Source: the human T2T-CHM13v2.0 reference genome, Homo sapiens. Taken from it: 64,000 nt of DNA. The translations under genes and the position numbers were made by a program. The stretch is taken from the NCBI RefSeq assembly GCF_009914755.1, contig NC_060927.1, one strand, 5' to 3'. Positions within the stretch are counted from its first letter, which is position 1; every line of letters begins with the position of its first letter. The notes under the pieces were generated by a model that was given only the letters and a program-made list of their open reading frames with translations, was not told the origin of the DNA and made no database searches. Positions 15,701 through 32,440 of this stretch are shown one piece after another.

Positions 15701-17170
15701 TCTATTAATAAGGATTATGGAAAACTCCTCCCTAATATCCCAATCCATTCATCTTTTATTATAAATTAAAATAACCCTGAAAAACCACAAAATGAACTGT
15801 CAGGTATCAGTTGTGTAGCATTTAACTTACATGGAGAAGTGCTCATTTCCTTCTTCTTAAGCCTTGCTGAGAGATAAAAGGCAAAATTAATAAGCTCTGA
15901 CAGTAATATTCATAAAACAACAAGCACTTAGGAACAGGAAGGCATAGAAAAACAGGTCTCAAAACTATATCCTGTACTTCGGCCTCTGACATAACGTATG
16001 TTTGGGAATTTTGCACCCAGGTATCCCTAAAACTTGAGAATTGAAACTAAATCCAGTTAAAAACTAAGATTTCAAACAAAGTTGCTCCTTTCTCATTTCT
16101 CCATTAATTTTAAGACAAAGTAAGAGAATTACACAGGGCAGGGATGGGGTGGGAGGGGCCAGGGATCCTCTTCTCTGGCCCAGCCCCAAACTGACAGCTT
16201 CTAAAGCAGTTCAGAAGCCTGGGTCAGGTCCAGAGGGCTCCCATGTCACCCGCCACCCAGCAGATGGCCTTCCCCACCATCAGCCCCTCCCCTACTTCCC
16301 GCAGGTTTCTAAGCACCACCAAACTGGTTGTTAAAGGCCTCTGCAAACAGCCTAATTCCACAGCCTAGCCCCCTCCCAGCTATGTACACAAAGGGAAAGA
16401 AATAAAAGGGTACTTTGTTCATTTTTTAAGGCTCACAGGAGACACCACTAAATCCCAAGTTCCTGGTGTGTTTTCTTTTCTCTAATGCAATCAGGAGCTG
16501 AAAATGCTCTGAGCTAGTTAAGCAATGAGGCGCAATCGACCCTCCAAAGACACCCGGGATGCTGCATTTGAAAGGGCTGGTTTAGAGTATATAATATGTA
16601 TCCAGAGCTTGAAGGAGTCCTCTTCTGTTTTTTATGCATTACTGGACTTGAATTGCTCATGTTTTATGATTTTTACATGTATGTTCCCAAGCAAGGCTGG
16701 CCTATAACTTCCATTTCTCATATTGCTCTCAAAAGGCTTTTATATCGAAGTTATCATAGCTTTACAAAATGAGTTTCTATTTCCTGGAAGAATTAGGTTG
16801 CTAGTAAAACCAGTTGAGCCTGAACTTTCCTTTAAGAAGAAATATTTGACTACTGGTTTATTTTATTTATAAATTACAGCATTATTCAGGCTTTCTATTT
16901 TTTCTAAGTCAGTTTTGGTAAGTTATATTTGTCTAGATATTTATTCATTTTCTCTAAGCTTTCAAATGTTTTAGCATGAAGTTGTTCATAATATTATTCA
17001 TATAATTTTAATATCTACAACATCTATTCTCTGAATCCTGATATGGCTTATTTGTGCCTCTCTTATTTTTAAATCAATCTCACCAGGTATTTGTCAATAT
17101 TGCTAGCTTTTACAGTAATCTCCATTGAATAACATGGAATTATTACTATCATTTCCTTCCATCTGCTTTC

Positions 17171-17763
<593 letters not shown>

Positions 17764-18238
17764 TTCCATTTGTTTTCTTTGGGCCTATTTTGCATCTTTT
17801 TCTAACCTTCTAATTTCAACGTTTAACTGTTTTCAGGTTTTCATCTTTTTAAATATAAGTAATTAAGGTTAAGCATGTGTTAGCTACTTCCCCAACCCCC
17901 AAGTTTTGACTCATAGTATTTTTGTTATCATTCAGTTAAAAATATTTTCTGAATACTATTACAGCTTCTTTTTAAACCCAAGATTATTTTGAAACACATT
18001 TCTACAACTATTCATAGTAATCTTTTGGTTATAGTTTCTAGTTTAATTCCACTGTGGTCAGAGATTTAGTCTGTATGACACTAATCCTTTGATAATTACA
18101 ACTTGCTTGATGACATAGTTTGAGGTCACTTTCCATAAATGTTCTAGTGTGTTTGAAAAGAATGTGTATTCTGAAGTTAGGAGGTGTGATCTTCATGTCT
18201 ATCAGCTCAAACTTATTAGTTACTTCATTCAAATCTTG

Positions 18239-20687
18239 TGTGTTAGGCCATTCTTGCATTGGCATAAATACCTGAGACTGGCTAATTTATAAGAAAAGAG
18301 GTTTGATTAGCTCATGGTTCTGCAGGCTGTACAGGAAGTATGGCACCAGATCTGCTTCTGGGTAGGCCCCAGGAAGCTTTTACTAATGGTGGAAGATAAA
18401 GTGGGAGCAGGCATCTGACATGGCAGGAGCAGGAGCAAGAGAATACGATGGGGGGTGCCACACTTTGCAACAACCAGATCTCACAAGAACTCACTTACTA
18501 TCGTGAGGACAGCACCAAGGCATGACAGCACCATGTCATCCTTCCCCATGACCCAAACACCTCCCACCAGGCCCCAACTCCAACACTGCAAATTACAAGT
18601 GAACATGAGATTTGGCCGGGACATGTATTCAAACTATATCATTCAGCCCTTGGCCCCCCAAATCTCATGTCCTCCTTATATTGCAAAATACAATAATGTC
18701 TTCCCAACAGTCTCCCAAAGTCTTAACTCATTCCAGCATGAACCTAGTCAAAAGTCCGAAGTCCAAGGTCTCATCTGGAAATGAGTTCCTTCCACCTATG
18801 AGCCTGTAAAACCAAAGCAAGTTCTCTACTTCCAAGTTACAGGGGTGGTACCAGCATTAAGAAAACATTCTTGTTCCAAAAGGCAGAAATTGACCAAAAG
18901 AAAGGGGCCACAGGCCCCATGCAAGCTCAAAACCCAGCAGGGCAGTCATCAAATCTTAAAGCTCCAAAGTAATTTCCTTTGACTCCATGACCCACATTCA
19001 GGGAACATTGGTGCAAGAAGTGGGCTCCCAAGACCTTGGGCAGCACTGCCTCTATGGCTTTGCAGTGTTCAGCCTCTGCAGCTGCTGTTACAGGTTGCTG
19101 GGAGCCTGTGGCTTTTCCTGGAGCAGTATACAAGCTGCCTGTGGCTTTACCATTCTGGGGTCTGGAAGACAGTTGGCCCCCTTCCCACAGTTCCACTAGG
19201 CAGTGCCCTGGTGGGGACAGTGTGTGGAAGCTCCATCCCCACATTTCCCTTCCATACTGCCCTAGTAGAGGTTCTCTGTGAGGGCTCTGTCCCTGCAGCA
19301 GGCTTCTGCCTGGGCATCCAGACTTTCTTGTAAATCCTGTGATATCTAGGGGGAGGCTACCAAGCCTCATTCACTCTTGCACTCTGCACACCTACAGGCT
19401 TAATTCCACATGGAAGCCACCAAAGCTTATGGCTTGAAATCTCTGAAGCAGCAGTCCAAGCTGTATCTGAGGCTCTTTGAGCAGAGGCTAATGCCGGAGC
19501 AGCCGGGATGCAGGGGGCAGTGTCCCAAGACTGCACAGAACAGCAGGGCCCTGGACCTGGCCCACAAAACTCTTCAGTCCTACTAGGTCTCAGGGCCTGT
19601 GATGAGAGGGGCTGCGGTCTTAGATATCTGATATGCTTCAAGGCTCTTCTACCCTTGTCTTGGCAATTAGCACTTGGCTCCCTTTCAGTTATGAAAATAT
19701 CTCCGGCAAGGTGTTGCTCCCCAACCTGCTTGAATTCCTCTCCCAAAAAAAGTGTTTTCTTTCTCTACCACAAGGCCAGGCTGTGAATTTTCCACACTCT
19801 TAAGCTCTGCTTGCTATTTAAATGTAAATTCCAACTTTAAGTCATTTATTTGCTCCCACTTCTGAGCATAGGCTGTTAGAAGCAGCCAGGTCACAACTTG
19901 AACAATACTGCCCAGAAATTCATTCCACCAAATACCCTAGATCATCACTCTGAAGTTAAAGTGTCTATAGATCCCTAGGGCATGAACAGAATGCAGCCAA
20001 ATTTTTTTCCTAAGGCATAACATGCATAACCTTTACTCCAGCTCCCAGTAAGTTCCTCATTTCCATCTGAGACCTCTTTAGCTTGAACTTCACTGTCCAT
20101 ATCACTATTACCATTTTGGTCACAACAATTTAACCAGTCTTTAAGAAGTTCCAAATTTTCCATCATCTTCCTTCCTTCTTCTGAGCCCTCTAAACTCTTT
20201 AAACCTCTGCCTGTTACCCAGTTCCTAAGCTGCTTCCACATTTTCAGGTGAAATACCCCATATTGCTATAGCAATACTGCACTCTCAGAACCAATTTTCT
20301 GTGTTAGGCCATTCTTGCATTGCTATAAAGAAATACCTCAGATTGGGTAATTTATAAGAGGTTTAATTGGCTATGGTTCTGAAGGATGTACAGGAAGCAT
20401 GGCACCAGCATCCGCATCTAGGGAGGTCACAAGAAACTCTTACTCATGGTGGAAGGTGAAGCAAAAGCAGGTGTCTCACATGGCAGAAACAGGAGCAAGA
20501 GGGTGAGTGCGGGGGGGAGGTGCCACAATTTACAACAACCAGATCTTTCGAGATGTCACTTACTATTGCAAGGACATCACCAAGCCATGAGGGATGACCC
20601 AAATACCTCCCACCAGACCTTAACTCTAACATTGGGGATTACAATTCAACATTATATTTGGCAGGAACATATATTCAAACTATATCA
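18239..20687 (-). mobile_element. Full-length MaLR element (MST-type): LTR 18239-18641, internal region 18642-20299, LTR 20300-20687
   Basis: Two homologous LTRs (TGTGTTAGGCCATTCTTGCATT...CAAACTATATCA), a THE1/MST-like internal region, and an exact 5-bp TSD TCTTG (18234-18238, 20688-20692). Confidence 0.92.
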
Positions 20688-21172
20688 TCTTGTATGTTAG
20701 CAGATATTTTCCCCATTTTACCAAGTACTGAGGAAGTATATTAAAATCTCACCAGAAATATATGTATTTATCATTGTTCTCTCAATTTTTTGCTGAATAT
20801 ATTTTGAAGTCATGTTATTTCATGACTATATATTTCAAATATATTTGAAGTCATATTATCCCTAGATGCATGGAAGTTTTTTTTCCAAAAGTTTTTTGGA
20901 AAACAAGTGTTGTTTGGTTGCACGAATCAGTTCTTTAGTGGTGATTTCTGAGATTTTGGTGCACCCATCACCTGAGCAGAGTACACTGTACCCAATGTGT
21001 AGTGTAGTCTTTTATCCCTCACCCTCCTTCTACCCTTTCCCCTGAGTCCCCAAAGTCCATAGTATCATTCTTATGCTTTTGAATCCTCAAAGCTTAGCTC
21101 CCACTATGAGTGAGAACATATGATGTTTGGTTTTCCATTGCTGAATTACTTCACTTAGAATAATGTTCTCCA

Positions 21173-21560
21173 CAATGAGAACACTTGGACACAGGAAGGG
21201 GAACATCACACACCGGGGCCTGTTGTGGGGTTGGGGGAGGGGGAAGGGATAGCATTAGGAGATATACCTAATGTAAATGACGAGTTAATGGGTGCAGCAC
21301 ACCAACATGGCACATGTATACATATGTAACAAACCTGCACGTTGTGCACATGTACCCTAGAACTTAAAGTATAATAAAAAAATTAATTAATTAAAAAAAA
21401 GAATAAGCAAATCCAATATATGATAATAAAAACTGGAAGAGAGGTTGCTTGTGGAGTGAATTAGGGGATTTGAACTGTTGTACTTTTTGGTAGACATTAT
21501 TATGTCATGTGCTTTTTTGAAATATAGCTTGTAGCACTTTTGTTTTAGTAAAAAAAAAAA
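21173..21560 (+). mobile_element. 5'-truncated L1PA4-like 3' end (21173-21400) plus ~149 bp of 3'-transduced sequence and a second poly(A)
   Basis: L1PA 3'UTR (GGAGATATACCTAATGTAAATGACGAG...GCACACCAAC...ACCCTAGAACTTAAAGTATAATAAA); the 16-bp TSD AGAATAATGTTCTCCA at 21157-21172 and 21561-21576 encloses both A tracts. Confidence 0.9.
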
Positions 21561-21663
21561 AGAATAATGTTCTCCAAATCCATCCAGGTTGCTGTAAATG
21601 CCATTATTTCATTCCTCTTTATGGCTGAGTAGTATTCCATGGTATAAATATACTACATTGTCT

Positions 21664-21953
21664 TCTTTTATTTTTTTTTTCCAGACAGACTCTCACTCTG
21701 TCTGGAGTGCAGTGGCGCAATCTTGGCTCACTGCAACTTCCGCCTCTCGAGCTCAAGCAATTCTCCTGTCTCAGCTTCCCGAGTAGCTGGGATTACAGTC
21801 ATGCGCCACCATGCCCGGCTAATTTTTGTATTTTTAGTAGAGATGAGGTTTCACCATATTAGTCAAGCTGGTCTTGAACTCCTGACCTCATGATCCACCC
21901 GCCTCAGCTTCCCAAAGTGCTGGGATTACAGGCGTGAGCTACCATGCCTGGCC
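21664..21953 (-). mobile_element. Alu (S-type)
   Basis: Dimer inside the L1PB; TSD-like TACATT(G/T)TCTT. Confidence 0.92.
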
Positions 21954-23573
21954 TACATTTTCTTTATCCACTCATTGATTGATGGGCATTTGGGCTGTTT
22001 CAATATTTTTGCATTTGTGAATTATGCTGCTATAAACATGTGTGGTCAAGTATCTTTTTCATATAATGAATTCTTTTGCTCTGGGTTCATACCCAGTAGT
22101 GGGATTGCTGGATCAAATAGTAGATCTACTTTTGGTTCTTTAAGAAATCTCCACACTATTTTCCACAGTGGTTGTATTAGTTTACATTCCCACCAACAGT
22201 GTAAAAGTATTCCCTTTTCACCACATCCACACTGACATCTATTATTTTTTTATTTTTTTATTATTGCTGTTCTTGCAGGAGTAAGGTGGTATTGCATTGT
22301 GGTTTTGATTTGCATTTCCCTGATCATTAGTGACAGTGAGCATTTTTTCATATGTTTGTTGCCCATTTGTATATCTTCTTTTGAGAATTGTCTATTCATG
22401 TCCTTAGCCCACTTTTTGATGGGATTATTTGTTTTTTTCTTGATGATTTATTTGAGTTCCTTGTGGATTCTGGATAATTTGTCCTTTGTCAGAGATATAG
22501 ATTGTGAAGATTTTCTCCCACTCGGTGAGTTGTCTGTTTACCCTGCTGATTATTTCTTTTGCTGTGCAGAAGCTTTTTAGTTTAATTAAGTCCCATCTAT
22601 TTATATTTCTTTTTGTTGCATTTGCTTTTGGGTTCTTGGTCATGAAGTCTTTGCCTAAGCCAATGTCTAGAAGGGTTTTTCCAATGTTATCTTCCAGAAT
22701 TTGTAAAGTTTCAGGTCTTAGATTTAAGTCTTTGATCCATCTTCAGTTGATTTTTATATAAGGTGAAAGAGAAGCATCCAGTTTCATTCTTCTACATGTG
22801 GTTTGACATTTATTCCAGCACCATTTGGTGAATAGGGTGTCCTTTCCCCATGTTTTGTTTGCTTTGTTGAAGATCAGTTGGCTGTATATATTTGGCTTTC
22901 TTTCTGGGTTCTCTATTCTGCTCCATTGGTCTATGTGCCTATTTTCATACCAGTGCCGTGCTGTTTTGGTGACTATGGCCTTGTAGTATAGCTTGAAGTC
23001 AGGTAATAGGATGCCTCCAGATTTGTTCTTTTTGCTAAGTCTTGCTTTGGCTATGTGGGCTTTTTTATGGTTTCATATAAGTTTTAGGATTGTTTTTTCT
23101 AGTTCTAAGAATGATGGTGGTATGTTGATGGGAATTGCATTAAATCAGTAGATTGCTTTTGGCAGTATGGTCATTTTCACAGTATTGATTCTACCCATCC
23201 ATAAGCCTGGAATGTGTTTCCATTTGTTTGTGTTTTCTGTAATTTCTTTCAGCAGTGTTTTGTTATTTTCCTTGCAGAGGTCCTTTACTTCCTTAGTTAG
23301 GTATATTCCTAAATTGGTTTTTTTTCCAGCTATTGTAACAGGGGTTGAGTTCTTGATTTGATTCTCAGCTTGGTCGCTGTTCATGTATAGCAGAGCTACT
23401 GATTTGTGTACATTAATTTTGTATCCTGAAACTTGGCTGAATTTATCAGTTATAGGAGCTTTTTGGATGAGTATTTAGGATTTTCTAGGTGTACAATCAT
23501 ATCATCGGCAAAAAACCACAGTTAGACTTCCTCTTTACCAACATGGATACCCTTTATTTCTTTCTCTTGTCTA

Positions 23574-23917
<344 letters not shown>

Positions 23918-24023
23918 AGAAGTGGTGAAAGTGGGCATCCTTGTCTTGTTCCCATTCTGAGGAGGAAGGCTTTTGATTTTTCTCCATTCAGTATAATGGT
24001 GGCTGTGGGTTTGTCGTAGATGT

Positions 24024-24442
<419 letters not shown>

Positions 24443-24977
24443 TGATTTTTGTTTTTAATTCTGTTTATGTGGTGTATCATATTCATTGATTTGCACATGT
24501 GAAACCATCCCTGCATCCCTAGTATGAAACCCGCTTGATCATGGTGGATTATCTTTTTGATATGCTGTTGGATTTGGTTAGCTAGTATTTTGTTGAGGAA
24601 TTTTGCATCTATGTTCATCAAGGATATTGGTCTGTGATTTTCTTTTTTTGGTATGTCTTTTCCTGGTTTGGGTATTAGGGTGATAATGGCTTCATAGAAT
24701 GATTTAGGGAGGATTCCCTCTTTCTCTAGCTTTTGGAATGGTGTCAATAGGATTGGTGCCAATTCTTCTTTGAATGTCTGATAGAATTCAGCTGTGAATC
24801 CATCTGGTCCTGGACTTTTCTTGTTGGCAATTTTTTTTACTACCATTTCAATCTTGCTATTTGTTATTGGTCTGTTCAGAGTTTCTATTTCTTCCTAGTT
24901 TAATCTAGGAGGATTGTATAGTTCCAGGAATTTATCCATCTTCTCTAGGTTTTCTAGTTTATGCACATAAAGGTGTT

Positions 24978-25167
24978 CATAGTAGCCTTGAATGATCTTT
25001 TGTATTTCTGTGGTATCAGTTGTAATATCTCCCATTTCATCTCTAATTGAGTTTATTTAGATCATCTCTCTCCATAGCAGCCTTGAATGATCTTTTGTAT
25101 TTCTGTGGTATCAGTTGTAACATCTCCCATTTCATCTCTAATTGAGCTTATTTGAATCATCTCTCTT
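24978..25167. repeat. 2 x 95-bp tandem duplication inside L1 ORF2
   Basis: CATAGTAGCCTTGAATGATC... repeated at 25073 with about 5-6 mismatches. Confidence 0.9.
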
Positions 25168-25532
25168 CTTTTATTGGTTAATCTCACTATTGGTCTATCA
25201 ATTTTGTTTATCTTTTCAAAGAAACAGCTTTTTGTTTCATTTACCTTTTTTATTGTTTTTTGTTTTGTTTTGTTCTGTTTCCATTTCATTTCCTTCTGCT
25301 CTGATCTTCATTATTCCTTTTCTTCTGCTGGGTTTGGGTTGGTTTGTTCCTGTTTCTCTAGCTCCTTGAGGTGTGACCTTAGATTGTCTATTTGTGCTCT
25401 TTCAGACTTTTTGATTTAGGTATTTAATGCTATGAACTTTCCTCTTAGCATTGCCTTTGTTGTATCCCAAAGGTTTTGATAGGTTGTGTCATTATTATCA
25501 TTCAGTTCAAATAATTTTTTAATTGCCATCTT

Positions 25533-25870
<338 letters not shown>

Positions 25871-26670
25871 TCAGGTGCAGGTTATTTAATTTCCATGTAT
25901 TTGCATGGTTTTGAGGCTTGCTTTTGGAGTGGATATCCAATTTTATTCCACTGTGGTCTGAGAGACTACTTGCTATAATTTCAATTTTCTTAAATTTGTT
26001 GAGACTTATTTTGTGGCCTATTATATGGTTTATCTTAAAGAATGTCCTATGTGCTGAGTATATTCTCCAGTTATTGGGAAGAATATTCTGTAAATATCTG
26101 TTAAGTCTGTTTGTTCTGTTAAGTCTGTTTGTTCTAAGTCCATCTTTTTGTTGTTGACTTTCTGTCTTAATGACCTGTCTAGGTGCTGTCAGTGGAGTAT
26201 TACAGTCCTCCATTATTATTGTGTTGCCATCTACCTTATTTCTTAGGTCTAGTAGTAATTGTTTTATAAATTTGGGAGCTCCAGTGTCAGGTGCATATAT
26301 ATTTAGAATTGTGACATTTTCCTGTTGGACTAATTCTTTTATCATTGTATAATGTCCCTCTTTGTCTTTTTTAACTGCTGTTGCTTTAAAGTTTGTTTTA
26401 TCTGATATAACAGTAGCTACTCTTGCTTGCTTTTGGTGTCCATTTGCATAGAATATCTTTTTTCACCCCTTTACCTTAAGTTTATGTGAGTCGTTCTGTG
26501 TTAGGTGAGTCTCTTGAAGGCAGGGGATAGTTAGTTTGTGAATTCTTATCATTCTGCCATTCTGTATATTTTAAGTGGAGCATTTAGGCCATTTACATTC
26601 AATGTTAGTATTGAGATGTGAGGTACTATTCTATTCATCATGGTATTTGTTGCCTGAATACCTTGGGGGG

Positions 26671-26673
<3 letters not shown>

Positions 26674-26714
<41 letters not shown>
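26674..26714. repeat. (TG)n microsatellite within the L1
   Basis: About 20 TG units. Confidence 0.95.
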
Positions 26715-26717
<3 letters not shown>

Positions 26718-26960
26718 TGTTATATATGTCCTGTGAGATTTATGCTTTAAGAAGGTTCTGTTTTGCTGTATTTCAAGGATTTGTTTCAAAATTTAGAGCT
26801 CCTTTTAGCAGTTCTTACTGTGCAGGCTTAGTAGTTGTGAATTTTCTCAGCATTTGTTTGTCTGAAAAAGACTGTATCTTTCCTTCATTTATGAAGCTTA
26901 GTTTTGCTGGATACAAAATTCTTGCCTGATAATTGTTTTGTTTAAGGAGGCTAAAGATAG

Positions 26961-27090
26961 GACCCCAATCCCTTCTAGCTTATAGGGTTTCTGCTGACAA
27001 ATCTGCTGTTAATCTGATAGGCTTTGACCCCAATCCCTTCTAGTTTATAGGGTTTCTGCTGAGAAATCTACTGTTAATCTGATAGGCTTT
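26961..27090. repeat. 2 x 65-bp tandem duplication inside the L1 ORF1 remnant
   Basis: GACCCCAATCCCTTCTAG...CTGATAGGCTTT repeated at 27026 with 3 mismatches. Confidence 0.9.
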
Positions 27091-27122
27091 TCTTTATAGG
27101 CTACCTGAAGATGCATATGTAA

Positions 27123-27599
<477 letters not shown>

Positions 27600-28557
27600 T
27601 GGACATTTCTGTTATAAGTAGCATATAGCTGAATTCTTCATCCACTCTAACAATCTTTGGTTCCTTTAGATTATGATTAGTGATACAATGGAATTTATTT
27701 CAACATCATATTTTGTGCTTGCTATTTGTCTTGCCTATTCTCTACTTTTTTCTCAGCTCCCTTGATTTCCTTGAGGTTATTTTTCTCATTTAATTTTTCT
27801 CCATTAGCTAGGAAGTTATCCATTATTTTCCTAATTTTTAGTAGTTGCCCTAGACATTTTAACATGCATACTTTGCTTATCGAAGTCTCAATAATCATTA
27901 TCTCTAATCTCTTCCCAAACTATACAAGAATTTTAGAGCACATTAACTCCTTTTGCTTCTCCAACTTATGTTACTAGTTCCCACTGAATATATCATTATT
28001 ACCTTATATAGTCAATACGTGTTTTAACTTAAACTTTCTTTGGTCTTCATTATTTCTTGTTTTTAAGATCCTTTATCTGGAAATAATTTTCTTCTACCTC
28101 AAGTGTTACTCTTTTAGTGAAGATCTGCTGGAACAAATTCTTTAGGTTTTTGTGCATCTGAAAGGCCTTTATTGTGTCCCTGTTTTTTAAAGATTGTTTT
28201 TTAATGAAAATAGAATCCTAGGGTGACAGTTAATTTCCCACAGTACATGAAAGATAATATTCTATTGTCTTCTGGCTTCTATTGTTACATTGTCAGGATA
28301 ATTTGTCATGTCTTTGAAGCTAAGCTTAAGATCCTCTCTTTATCTTTTGTGTTCTGCAGTTTAATTATATTTTGTCTATGTGTGGATTTCTTTTTACTTA
28401 CTCTGTCTGGAATTCATATGACTTCATCAATATGTCAAGTGATGCTTTTTATTGATCCTTGAAAATTCTCAGCCATTATCTCTTTAAATGTTGCCTTTTC
28501 CAATTTTCTTTCCTCTCTTCTTTTTCTGTAGCAATAATTAAAATTTTGTTCAGATTC

Positions 28558-28879
<322 letters not shown>

Positions 28880-29182
28880 CAAATTCTTTTGATTAATTTT
28901 CTATGCAGCTTGGATTTACCTATTCATAAATTCATTCACTCTCTTATTTTTAATTATTACATTTTTATTTTTTCAAGTTGTATTTGGTTATTTTTTAAAT
29001 GAGCTTGGAAAAATAAAAATAAAAAAATAAAATGAGCTTGGTTAGTCCTCATAGTTTCTTATCTTAAGCTCGTATCTTGTGTTTAGGGGAGGTTTTTTAT
29101 TCTGTTTTTGGTTTTACAGACATGCTCATTTGCCTTTTAATTTCATTGGCAGAAATTCTCTGTAGTCTGAGATAAAAAATAG

Positions 29183-29554
<372 letters not shown>

Positions 29555-30199
29555 TGAAATCTTTAAACCAAATCTGCATCTTGAGGTTTTCCTGACTTCA
29601 TAGGTATTGTAAATTCCAGATGCATACCTGTATTAGAGCTGGTTTACAATCACAAATTCTCAGGACCAAGAAATCAGGCACCTGCTCTACACCAGTGATA
29701 GGTGATCTTCCTTACAGACTTCTTAAGTTAGAAAGAAAATACGGTGATTTTGTTTCTTTTTTTTTTTTCTAATTCACACTTACATTAAAGCAGAAGCCTT
29801 TTGAAATCCCAGCTTTATAACCAAAAGGCCCCTTCTCAGATGTCTCACTCTCTTGTCCCTTATGCCTTCTGGCAATGAAAACTGAAATTCAAGTTAACCC
29901 AGTTTGGCAAATGTCCTCAAGGCAAATCCAGCTTCAGTGCTCAACTGAACCCTCTTCACTGAGCTTTTGGCATGAGTATTCATTACTTTCTTACTGGTTC
30001 ATTGCATTTAGGAAAATGATTTTTCTATTTTATCCAGAATTTTTAAATGGTATCAGCGGGGGGCGAGGGTGTGTTGCTAAGAAGAGAGCTGACCCCTGGT
30101 AATTCATATTCAGAGCCACAGATCCATGCAGTTTGACAGCCAAATCAGGACCTGAGCCAGCCCAAAACATATTAACTCAGGGCCTGCCACTTTGTAATA

Positions 30200-30430
30200 A
30201 CTGCTGATATTTTTTTCGCACTTCCTATGGCCAAGTATCATGATAAGCATTTTGCAAGTATTATTTTATTTAGTCCTTTCGACTATCCAAAGGGCTAGGT
30301 ATAATTATTATCCCTTTTGTTCTGATAGAGAAACTGAAGCACAGTAAGGTTAAGTAATTACCCAAGGTCCCACAACCATCAAGCAACAGCACTAGGATTT
30401 GAACTCAAAAAATCTAACTCTAAAGATTTC
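30200..30430 (-). mobile_element. MIR
   Basis: GAGAAACTGAAGCACAGTAAGGTTAAGTAATTACCCAAGGTCCCACA...GGATTTGAACTC. Confidence 0.7.
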
Positions 30431-31501
30431 CTTCTTAAGATATGTGTAATTTTGCTTCCTAACAAATCATGAATAAAACAGAGGGAGAGAGAGAGAAAGA
30501 CAACAAGACAGAGCCCTACTAAGTATGGCAGAGCCAGTAGTAGATCCAGACTTCCTAACCTCAGTCCTTTCTACCTCCCTATTCTCATATCAGGATGGGC
30601 ATACTTCCATTTTTATAGATATATATGCCTTCATTTTAAAAGTGGGCACACAATACTGATTGGAAATTAAGACCATATTAAAAAACATCTAAAGGAATGA
30701 ATATTTGGTAATTAGATTTCAACTCTCAGTGGCCATCAATCTGGAACTCTAGCCCAATGTTAACATATTTGATTGCATCTGAAGATGTTTCTTGATGACA
30801 TACAAACAGCAGATTTATTTTACAATTCTTATTTAATCAACTTGTGCGTAGGTCTAACATCCAAAAATTCCTTGGCTTATGCTAATTGTCTCTAAACCAG
30901 TGATTTCCACACTTTTTAAATAGTGGAAATGGATTTCAGAATATGTCTGCTCACGATTCCTTCATACATAAGGATGTCCAAAATTCAGTCTAAGAAAAGG
31001 CATCCCCCAAAGAAGGACAGAGCTGCCAGTCTCCCCAATTCATCTTATCCTCTCTTCTGTCTTCTTCTCCATCCACCAGTGAGTGAAGGGAGCTTATAGC
31101 AGGGAATGTGTCCAATTTTCATCTTTGCCTGTCCTCCCTACCCCTTCTACCCAGCAATAAGGAGTGCAGCTCCAAGAGATCTGCCTTGTGATGCCAATCC
31201 AAACTCCAAACATCATCTCTCCTCCTTTCAACCACACAGCAGGGTAAGTGGGGGATCTGTGCCCAAAAATACAGAAAAAAGTTCCTGGAGAGTGGGATGT
31301 TGCAGCCAGATGTCAAAGGATGAGTAGGTTTAAAAGAGGGAGGAGAATATGGGAGGGTTGCATGGGAAGGACATTTTAGTAGGAAGGAACAGTAGATGCT
31401 CAAATCTCTGTTCCTGGTTATAAAAGGAAAATTACTAAAGAATATTATTAATATGCTATCTAAATATAATGTGATATAATAAAGAACATATAAGGAAATT
31501 G

Positions 31502-31800
31502 GGCCAGGCACAGTGGCTCACGCCTGTAATTCCAACACTTTAGGAGGCTGAGGTGGCAGATGGCTTGAGCCCAGCAGTTCAAGACCAGCCTAAGTGACAT
31601 GGTGAAACCCCATCTCCTCTAGTAAAAATTCAAATGTTATCTGGGCAAGGTGGTGCACACCTTGTAGTTCCAGCTACTCAGGATGGAGTGGGAGGATCAC
31701 TTGAGCCCAGGAGGCAGAGGTTGCAGTGAGCAAGAGATCATGCCACTGTACTCCCGCGTGGGTGACACAGCAAGACTCCATCTCAAAAAAAAAAAAAAAA
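31502..31800 (+). mobile_element. Alu (J-type)
   Basis: Dimer with A tail. Confidence 0.92.
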
Positions 31801-32142
31801 GAATGCTTAACCATAAATTATTCAGAATATAAGTCCTGAGAATGGCCTCTCTTTAGAAGGATAATAGTCATAATAAAAATTATAGTTTTATAAAGATTTT
31901 AACCTAAGATACTGGTGGTAAAATTAAGAATTAAAGTTTTATTTCTCTAAAGGCAGCAGAGATGGGTTCTTAATCCTCTAACAGGTCAATAAAGAGCCTC
32001 TACTATATGAAGATATAAGAATATCAGAAATTACAAGACAGGAATTCAAAAGGTCCTCAAGGAAATAGAGAAGGAGATGGGATATGAAACCTGATTTGTT
32101 CATAAGAATTCTCAAGCTCAAAAGAGCATCAAAAATGATTAG

Positions 32143-32440
32143 TTTTTTTTTTTTCTTTTTTGAGACCGTCTTGCTCTTTCACCCAGGCGGGAGTGCAGTG
32201 GGGTAACCTTGGCTCACTACAACCTCCGCCTCCTGGGTTTAAGTGATTCTCATGTCTCAGCCTCCCAAGTAGCTGGGACTACAGGCGCCCGCACCACGCC
32301 CAGCTAATTTTCGTATTTTTAGTAGAGACAGGGTTTCACCATGTTGGCCAGGCTGGTCTCGAACTCCTGGCATTGGGTGACCCACCCACCTTGGCCTTCC
32401 AAAGTGCTGAGATTACAGGTGTGAGCCACCATGCCCAGCT
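32143..32440 (-). mobile_element. Alu (S-type)
   Basis: Dimer. Confidence 0.93.

Noticed and set aside
18312-20700. Cluster of 60-147 aa ORFs
   Set aside because: All lie in MST LTRs or the degenerate internal region.
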